Shown: in pieces, positions 57,732 to 64,000 of the stretch
Numbering within the stretch: position 1 is the stretch's first letter
How the letters are laid out: each line of letters opens with the position of its first letter
Assembly: GCA_963713045.1 (NCBI GenBank)
Contig: CAVQKE010000003.1
Coordinates: 1,312,001-1,376,000 of the forward strand
Direction: 5' to 3'
Length of the DNA: 64,000 bases
Source: an uncultured delta proteobacterium
GTDB lineage: Bacteria > Myxococcota > Myxococcia > Myxococcales > Myxococcaceae
Translations under genes and position numbers: made by a program
The notes under the pieces: model-generated
Told to the model about the DNA's origin: nothing
Seen by the model: only the letters and a program-made list of their open reading frames with translations
Databases searched by the model: none

Positions 57732-59339
57732 ATGTTGGAATCGACAGAGATTCAAAGCCCCTCAGGGCGCAAACAGGCCATCTACTTCGGAGCCGAAGGA
57801 CGGCCGCTGTTCGGCTTTTACCATCCACCCCACGAAGGCCCCTGGCGCGGGGTCGGCGTCGTCCTGTGTCCCCCCATCGGCACCGACCGGACCCGCTCGG
57901 ACCGCGCCTACCGGCACCTGGCTGAGCGACTGGCAGAGGCAGGCTTCGCCTGCCTGCGGTTTGACCTTTTCGGGACCGGTGATTCCGGTGGCGACGAAAC
58001 TGCACCGTCGCTGGTGCGCGCCTGGCTCGACGACGTCGGACTGGCGGTGGAGGAAGTCCGGAAGCGTTCTGGGGCGCCGACGGTTTCACTGGTGGGGCTG
58101 CGGCTGGGGGCCACGCTGGCCATGGTCCATGCTGCGGAAAGCGCCGACGTGGACTCGCTGGTGCTGTGGAGCCCCTACGTCTCGGGAGCCGCCTTTGTCA
58201 GTGAGGTCACCAAGCTCCACAAGCTGTACCTACGCATCGACCCCGAGCTGGCCGACGCGGTGCCTCCCCAAACCGAGGGTGACGAGGCGCTGGGCATGCT
58301 GCTTCCGAAAGCGCTCATCACCGAGTTGTCGAACATTGAGTTGCTGAAGACCACCCGCCGGCCGGCTCGACGGGTCCTCTTCATCGACGGGGGAAACGTC
58401 CAGGGCCGCGACGCTCTGATGGCCCGCCTCGGCGAGCTGGGCGCGGCGCCCGAGCTGCGCTCCCACCCAGGGCATAAGTTCCTCATCACCGTCTCGCACC
58501 GCGCGGCTTTGCCGGATGAAGTCCTCGACTCCATCGTCGGCTGGTTGAAGGACGCCTACCCGCGCAGCGTCCCGTCACGGACCCCCGCGCCGCCGGCGCC
58601 GATGCCCTCGCCCGCGGGTGAGCGCCCCCTCCGCGTTGGGGAGCAGCATCCCCTCTTCGGCATCCTCACCCCGGCCAACCCCGAGCGGGCTCGGCCAAAC
58701 CGGCCCTCCATTGTCATCCTCAACGCCGGCTGCGTGAACCGCTCCGGCCTGCATCGGATGCACGTCCGGATGGCGCGCCGCTGGGCGCAGGTCGGCTTCG
58801 ACGTGCTGCGGGTCGACCTCTCCGGCATCGGGGACAGCCCGGTCTCGCCGGGCGCAAAAGAGAACCTGACCTATCCCCCCACCGGATTGGAGGACATCGC
58901 CGACATCCTTCGCGGCCTTCCTTCCAAACGCGTGGTGGTGGTGGGTCATTGTTCGGGCGGCGACTACGCTTTCCAAGTCGGCGCCCGCGAGGCAAACGTG
59001 GCCGGCGTCTACATTCTCAACCCGCGGACCTTCTGCGTTCTTGACCTCACCGCCGTCGAGGGTGGCGAGGGCGCGCCGGTGACCGACTCGGTCGAGGACG
59101 TGCCGCGCAACTTGCGCCGCATGTCCGAGCGGGGGGTGAGGACGCTGCTGTTGGTCAGTCGCAATGACCCAGGCGTCGCTTACGTCGACGCCCATGCCGC
59201 AGACGCGATGGGGGGGTTGAGCGCGGTGAACGGCTTCCAGCGCATCAACATCTCCGGCGCGGACCACGCTTTCACCCCGGTCGACGCGCAGAAGCGGGTG
59301 AGCGACCTTTTGACAGAGCACCTTCTCGCTTACCACTAG
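57732..59339 (+). CDS. Double alpha/beta-hydrolase-domain protein
   Basis: Domain 1 has RFDLFGTGDS and GLRLG; domain 2 has RVDLSGIGDS, GHCSG and GADHAF. Confidence 0.85.
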   Translation: MLESTEIQSPSGRKQAIYFGAEGRPLFGFYHPPHEGPWRGVGVVLCPPIGTDRTRSDRAYRHLAERLAEAGFACLRFDLFGTGDSGGDETAPSLVRAWLDDVGLAVEEVRKRSGAPTVSLVGLRLGATLAMVHAAESADVDSLVLWSPYVSGAAFVSEVTKLHKLYLRIDPELADAVPPQTEGDEALGMLLPKALITELSNIELLKTTRRPARRVLFIDGGNVQGRDALMARLGELGAAPELRSHPGHKFLITVSHRAALPDEVLDSIVGWLKDAYPRSVPSRTPAPPAPMPSPAGERPLRVGEQHPLFGILTPANPERARPNRPSIVILNAGCVNRSGLHRMHVRMARRWAQVGFDVLRVDLSGIGDSPVSPGAKENLTYPPTGLEDIADILRGLPSKRVVVVGHCSGGDYAFQVGAREANVAGVYILNPRTFCVLDLTAVEGGEGAPVTDSVEDVPRNLRRMSERGVRTLLLVSRNDPGVAYVDAHAADAMGGLSAVNGFQRINISGADHAFTPVDAQKRVSDLLTEHLLAYH

Positions 59340-59365
59340 CGGTGGCGGTGAGGCCGGGGCAGTCC

Positions 59366-60508
59366 CTAGTCGAAGCGGCGCCCCAAGAGGCCCTTGACGT
59401 GACTCATCCCGCCATTTTGCGCCCAGGAGTAGAGGCCCAAAGCAGCTCGCGAAGACAGGCGCGGCTTGACGGACACGGCTCGGTAGTAGAGGGGCATCTC
59501 CGGGCCCCAGCGCGACTTGGAGACGTCGGCGCCCATCGAGAGGTGGACCCGGGAGATTCCGGAGTCGATTGCATACTTAACGGCCTCCGCCACAATCGTC
59601 GTTCCCACGCTGTACTTGCTCCAGGCGGGGTCAAATCCCGAGTAGTAGAGGTAGAGACAGTTGGGGAGCAGAAAGCCGACCCGGCTCGCCACCGGGACGC
59701 CCCCGACGCGAAGCGTGAAGACGCGTGCCATGTTGCCACTGGCGAAGCGCGAGGAGACCAGCATCAGGAATCGCCGCGCGGTTGAGTCTGCGAATCGGTC
59801 CGGGTGCGAGACGCCGTCGCCGGCCTTGGCCCGAGCCGCATGCAAGTCGAAGAAAATCTCGAGTGCCGAGGAAATCTGCTCTGGCGTGGCAGCGACGTCG
59901 AGATGAGGGGTCAGTCCGTCGCGTTTGAGCGAGTTGAAGCAGTGCCGGAGCGACTCCTTGATGTTGTGCTTCAGTCCGCCTCGAAACACTGCCCAGCTCG
60001 GGGCAAGCTGCAAGATGTTCCCCGGCTGATGGCCCTCCCAGCGCAACTCCATCATTTTCCCCAGCGTCTTGGCGAAGTCGCTCTCTGGGTTCAGCCCCTC
60101 CCAAGCAATCCAGTCCCAGCAACGGTCGCGGTTCAAATCCGCAGCCAGGGCCCTCGCCACCTCACTCTCCCAAGCGCGGTCCACGATGGGAGCTCTCTGC
60201 TCGGTGACGTAGTTGTCAGCGCCGAGAAACGCGATGCTCCGCATGCGAGCGGGGCCCATCGCAGGACGCTCGGTCACCATCAACGGCACGACGGCAACCA
60301 ATTCCCCTGACTCGCGCCGCACCGCTTTCACCCACAAGCTGTCCCGGATGACCGGCCGCTCTTGCTTGAAGAGCTCCCACCAGCTGGCAACCCAGTCCGG
60401 CCACAGGAACGGAAGGTCGGCATTGATGCTTCCAAGCAATCCGAGCCACTCCTGCCGCAGGCAGTGAAGCTCCTCGACGCTGGTGAGGGTAGAGACGCTG
60501 AGGTCCAT
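59366..60508 (-). CDS. GNAT-family acyltransferase (CelD/BcsL-like)
   Basis: PFLWPDWVASWW, LVAVVPL, FFDLHAAR, YYSGFDPAWSKYSVG, KSRW. Confidence 0.85.
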   Translation of the reverse strand: MDLSVSTLTSVEELHCLRQEWLGLLGSINADLPFLWPDWVASWWELFKQERPVIRDSLWVKAVRRESGELVAVVPLMVTERPAMGPARMRSIAFLGADNYVTEQRAPIVDRAWESEVARALAADLNRDRCWDWIAWEGLNPESDFAKTLGKMMELRWEGHQPGNILQLAPSWAVFRGGLKHNIKESLRHCFNSLKRDGLTPHLDVAATPEQISSALEIFFDLHAARAKAGDGVSHPDRFADSTARRFLMLVSSRFASGNMARVFTLRVGGVPVASRVGFLLPNCLYLYYSGFDPAWSKYSVGTTIVAEAVKYAIDSGISRVHLSMGADVSKSRWGPEMPLYYRAVSVKPRLSSRAALGLYSWAQNGGMSHVKGLLGRRFD

Positions 60509-60686
60509 GAGGACGCAGGAGGACGATTCGCCTCGGAAAGCGGGCACTGCCCGCTAGCAGTCCAGGCGAACTTGGTCAAACCCCGACTGGGAGAGAGATT
60601 CTCACGAGCGGCGTATCGAAACGGACCCACCCCGCGGCCGTCCCTCGTCGTGGACTGCGACTCGGCTTGGCGCCGTCAAAGCGGCG

Positions 60687-62294
60687 TTACGTGGAATTGG
60701 ACTGAGTCACTTCTGACAGCGGCTGCCTCAAAGCGCCCCCGTCCGAAACACTGCCGTTCTTCTGCAAGAATCTCGAATCCTCTGGCCTGGTCCGGGGCCA
60801 GGCGCCACGGGAGATGCAGATTTTACCAACCAGCGCATAGCCGGCGGCAACATTGAAGATTGAACCCCAGTGTCCGAACCCGAGGTCGCCATAGCCCTGG
60901 ACCACGTAGCAAATCTGCGCCGCGGCGGCTCCCAAGGCGGTCACCCGTTCCACTGGCGTCCGCGCCCAGTGGTAAGCACGGAGGGTGAAGAAGAGGCCCA
61001 CCGGGAACACCATCCACAGCAGCGAGAAGCCGACCAGACCGCCGAACGCCCACAGGCCGAGGACGCTGTTGTGGGGAACGTAGGGCTCAAGCTCATAGAC
61101 AGCAGTGACGTCGGGAAGCTTGATGCGCTCCACCGCCGGATGGCCGAAGCCGGACCCGAAGATGGGGTTGTCGCGGAAGGTGAAGACGAGATTGAAGTTC
61201 TCCAAGTCTCGCCACACCGTCGAGGCGTTGGCCGTGGAACCCACATTCGTAGCCACCAACGAGCGAATGGTCTGCACTGGCCGAAAGAAACCGGACTCAG
61301 AGTTCCAGCCCACTGCCGAATAGACGAGAAGCGGCAACACCGAGGCCAGACCCAGCCGCGCGACTTGTACCTTCAGCCTTCCCCACGGGGTGACCAACCA
61401 GAAGAGGAGAGCCACCAGCCCAACCTCCATCCAGACCAGGCGCCGGTTGTTGGCGACCATGGCCCACAGGTAGACGGGAGAAAGCAGCAGGAACAGCGAC
61501 AGCGACCGCCGATTGGACCGTTCCACGACGGCGGCCGCGAGAATCGCCAAACAGGTGGCAAAAAGAACCGAGTCACCATGCGTCGTCGCGTGCGGCATGA
61601 CGTCGAACGACGGGAACGTGAGGCGAAGTGCAATGGCCTCAATGGCTTTGAAGAGTCCGACCCCCAGGACAACGCGACCGACCATCAGCGCGTCTTGGGT
61701 CCCCCGTAACCCCTGCCGCATGAAGGCGTAGAGGATGGGAAGGTAGAGCCACTTGATGGACTGCCAGAGGACAAAGCGAAAGCTCCCGCCCTGTGCCAGC
61801 CCATATGCGGAGAGCCACAGTGTGGCCAGGAAGGAGAGCCAGGCGAAGGCTCCGATGGGAGCGGGGGTCCCCACCCAGCCGGTTCGGTCGATGGGCAAGC
61901 GCTTGGTATGTCGATAGACCACGGCGGCGAAGAGCAACAGCGCGACGACGTCGAAGCCGGAAAACACCATCGCCGGGACCGGGAAGACGGTGTTGAGCTT
62001 CATCCAAAGAAGCCGCCCCATCATCGGCCAGGGTGGGTGGACCAAACCGGAGCCGAAGATTTGGGAGGGAGGGTCGAACGCCCACGCCGCGGCGAGGAGA
62101 CCCAGCAGTGAGACACGAAGCGGAAGAAACCACATGGCCCACATCAGCGCTGGGGCGAGCGCCAGTGCCAGGTCGCCGTTCCCGCCGATGATGACTGCCG
62201 CCGTCACCAGGCAGACCACCAACAGCATTCGGTAATCGACGGCGTGGCCCGTCACCGCAAGGGCTCCATCGAGGCTGGGCCGTCCGCCGTGCAT
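60687..62294 (-). CDS. Wzy-type polysaccharide polymerase / O-antigen-ligase-like membrane protein
   Basis: Many TM segments; NNRRLVW, PIFGSGFG, PHNSVLGLWAFGGLVG. Confidence 0.8.
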   Translation of the reverse strand: MHGGRPSLDGALAVTGHAVDYRMLLVVCLVTAAVIIGGNGDLALALAPALMWAMWFLPLRVSLLGLLAAAWAFDPPSQIFGSGLVHPPWPMMGRLLWMKLNTVFPVPAMVFSGFDVVALLLFAAVVYRHTKRLPIDRTGWVGTPAPIGAFAWLSFLATLWLSAYGLAQGGSFRFVLWQSIKWLYLPILYAFMRQGLRGTQDALMVGRVVLGVGLFKAIEAIALRLTFPSFDVMPHATTHGDSVLFATCLAILAAAVVERSNRRSLSLFLLLSPVYLWAMVANNRRLVWMEVGLVALLFWLVTPWGRLKVQVARLGLASVLPLLVYSAVGWNSESGFFRPVQTIRSLVATNVGSTANASTVWRDLENFNLVFTFRDNPIFGSGFGHPAVERIKLPDVTAVYELEPYVPHNSVLGLWAFGGLVGFSLLWMVFPVGLFFTLRAYHWARTPVERVTALGAAAAQICYVVQGYGDLGFGHWGSIFNVAAGYALVGKICISRGAWPRTRPEDSRFLQKNGSVSDGGALRQPLSEVTQSNST

Positions 62295-62298
62295 CGCG

Positions 62299-62469
62299 TC
62301 AGAGCAACCGGGGGTAAATGAAGTAAAGAAAAATGGCGTAACCGACATCGGCGAGCAAGACGTAGACCATCAGCGACATGAAGGCACGACGGGGGTTCTT
62401 CTCCCGCGCAACCGCCACCGGCACCAGGAAGGTGGCAAACAGAATGGACGAGAGGAGGAGCCGAACCAC
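62299..62469 (-). CDS. Small membrane protein (56 aa)
   Basis: Two hydrophobic segments separated by AREKNPRRA; ends 4 nt before the Wzy start. Confidence 0.55.
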   Translation of the reverse strand: MVRLLLSSILFATFLVPVAVAREKNPRRAFMSLMVYVLLADVGYAIFLYFIYPRLL

Positions 62470-62545
62470 AGGGCGGCGATGATAGCCTGCCCTCTGCAAG
62501 GACGGGCGTTTGGCGGCCGTCGCCGGCGACCGCCCAGGAGCAAAG

Positions 62546-64000
62546 ATGCGACGTGGGGTGGAGGCGACACGGCAGCAAGCGACCGCCACGGCGGGTGGGA
62601 TTCCGCTTGCACGCGAGGCGGCTCCGCCACCGGAGGAGGACTTCGACTGGGCCTTCATCGGCCTGTGGACGCTCTTCGTCGCGCACTCCATGAGGCGTCA
62701 CGTGGTGGCACTGCTCGCCATCTGGTTTGGGGTGGTGGGCCTGGTCATGGCACTGGTCGCCATTCTTCCGAAGACCTACGAAGTTCAGACGGTGCTTCAG
62801 GCGCAGCCAGCGGCGATGATTTCCGCGTTGGGCCCGGGCGCCACTCCCGCCGACGTCGATGCTCCGGCCAAACAGGCCGCGCAGACGGTACTCAAGCACG
62901 ACAATTTGGTGGCGCTGGTCCGCGAAACAGACCTCCTTCACAACTGGCCCAAGAACCGCTCGCCCCTGATGCGCCTCAAGGATGCAATTTGGGCGCGCGT
63001 CTTTCCGCCACCAACCCAGGAGACACAGATTGAGGGTTTCGTCGGGCTACTTGAGCAACGACTTTGGGTCACCGCCGGCGAAGGTACAGTCACCATCGGC
63101 ATCCGGTTTCCCGACCCCCAGCTCGCCTACCGCCTGGTGGACGCGGCGCAGCGGAACTTCCTGGAGGCTCGGCACGCAGCGGAAATCTCCAGCATCTCCG
63201 ACGTCATCTTCATTCTTCAGAGCCGCGCCGCTCAGGCACGGCAATCGCTTGACGACGCCCAACGCGAGCTGCAGCAGCTGAGGGACGAACGAGCTGCCAG
63301 GCTTGGAAAGCAAAGACGCGCCAACCGGCCACCCCCTCCGGCCCCAACCATCGACCCCGAGACGGCACAACTGCTGGTGAAGATTGCGGGGAAGCGACGA
63401 GCCTTGGAGGACCTCGAAAACTTTCGCCGAAGGTCGGTCGATGAGGCAGAAGCACGGCTGGCGGAGCTGCGGGCGCTGTATGCAGCGACCCATCCGTTGG
63501 TCAGCGAGGCCGAGCAGAGCCTCGCCGCCCTCCGCCAGGAATCTCCGCAGGTAGCGACGCTTGGCCAGGAACTGGCCGCCCTTGAAGATGAGCTGAAGCA
63601 GCGCGGCTTCCAACCGGATGCTCAAGTCTCGCAAAGCTTTCCGGTGGAGACGCCATTCTGGGCTCAGCCGGGAGACCCGCGGGAAGACGAAGACCCCGAC
63701 ATCGAACGTGCCAAGGAGCAGGTGCGCCACGAAGTCGGCCGCTACAACGGCATGCTCGACCGACTGCAGGGCGCGCAGCTGGAGCAGGACACGGCCCAGG
63801 CAGCATTCAAATACCGGTATGTCGTCATCTGGCCGGCCCAGCGACCTCGCGGGTCGGTCCAGCCCAATCCTGGACTGGTTTTCCTCGCCAGCCTGGTTGC
63901 TGGCCTCTTGCTCGCCATCATCGGCACCACCCTGCTCGACGTGTCCTCAAAGAAGATTTTCGAGCCCTGGCAGGTCGAGCGGGCCGTGGGCGTACGGCTT
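62546..64000 (+). CDS. Polysaccharide co-polymerase / chain-length determinant (Wzc/GumC); 3'-partial
   Basis: Not in the ORF track because it has no stop in the window. AGGAG RBS; TM followed by LPKTYEVQ; coiled coils; YAATHPLV; second TM; IFEPWQVERAVG at the window end. Confidence 0.85.
   Translation, partial: MRRGVEATRQQATATAGGIPLAREAAPPPEEDFDWAFIGLWTLFVAHSMRRHVVALLAIWFGVVGLVMALVAILPKTYEVQTVLQAQPAAMISALGPGATPADVDAPAKQAAQTVLKHDNLVALVRETDLLHNWPKNRSPLMRLKDAIWARVFPPPTQETQIEGFVGLLEQRLWVTAGEGTVTIGIRFPDPQLAYRLVDAAQRNFLEARHAAEISSISDVIFILQSRAAQARQSLDDAQRELQQLRDERAARLGKQRRANRPPPPAPTIDPETAQLLVKIAGKRRALEDLENFRRRSVDEAEARLAELRALYAATHPLVSEAEQSLAALRQESPQVATLGQELAALEDELKQRGFQPDAQVSQSFPVETPFWAQPGDPREDEDPDIERAKEQVRHEVGRYNGMLDRLQGAQLEQDTAQAAFKYRYVVIWPAQRPRGSVQPNPGLVFLASLVAGLLLAIIGTTLLDVSSKKIFEPWQVERAVGVRL

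Noticed and set aside
1..64000. Selenoprotein genes with in-frame UGA, prompted by selB
   Set aside because: I found no gene where homology clearly continues past a TGA in the same frame; the broken genes are frameshifts, not readthrough cases.

Overview
High-GC window that looks like a myxobacterial (Myxococcota) chromosome; the taxonomy is inferred from gene content. About 1-27 kb is mostly housekeeping: M56/HEAT proteins, selB, hslO, ssb, dacB, nhaA, a Pal-like lipoprotein, dtd, a YciI-ECF sigma pair, a sulfatase, the lptC-lptA-lptB-rpoN-hpf-ptsN region, an lpxL-like acyltransferase and astB. A candidate ~120-nt small RNA lies downstream of selB. About 27-44 kb is accessory: two paralogous secreted repeat proteins, a MalT-like STAND regulator, ECF sigma factors, and a cluster of c-type cytochromes with a heme-motif beta-barrel. 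About 44-64 kb is a Wzy-dependent exopolysaccharide locus (Wzc, Wzy, BY-pseudokinase-like protein, GT4, acyltransferase, GNATs, PPTase, two ACPs). The most notable element is an apparent RiPP-like system nested in that locus. Two ~50-aa peptide genes (48836-48991 +, absent from the ORF track; 56392-56544 -) share an identical C-terminal 24 aa, DEAEFKVTVRKLEVPVRPRGVLAE, with only synonymous DNA differences. They flank two heme-oxygenase-like diiron enzymes with RRE-like N-termini, a transglutaminase/vasohibin-like Cys peptidase, an AMP ligase, a Zn-dependent dehydrogenase, a PaiB-family protein and a Cys-rich tandem-domain protein. I do not recognise this system. My working hypothesis is a peptide-derived building block loaded on an ACP and used to decorate the polysaccharide. 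Three genes carry single frameshifts that may be sequencing errors. All family calls come from reading motifs by eye; no searches were run.
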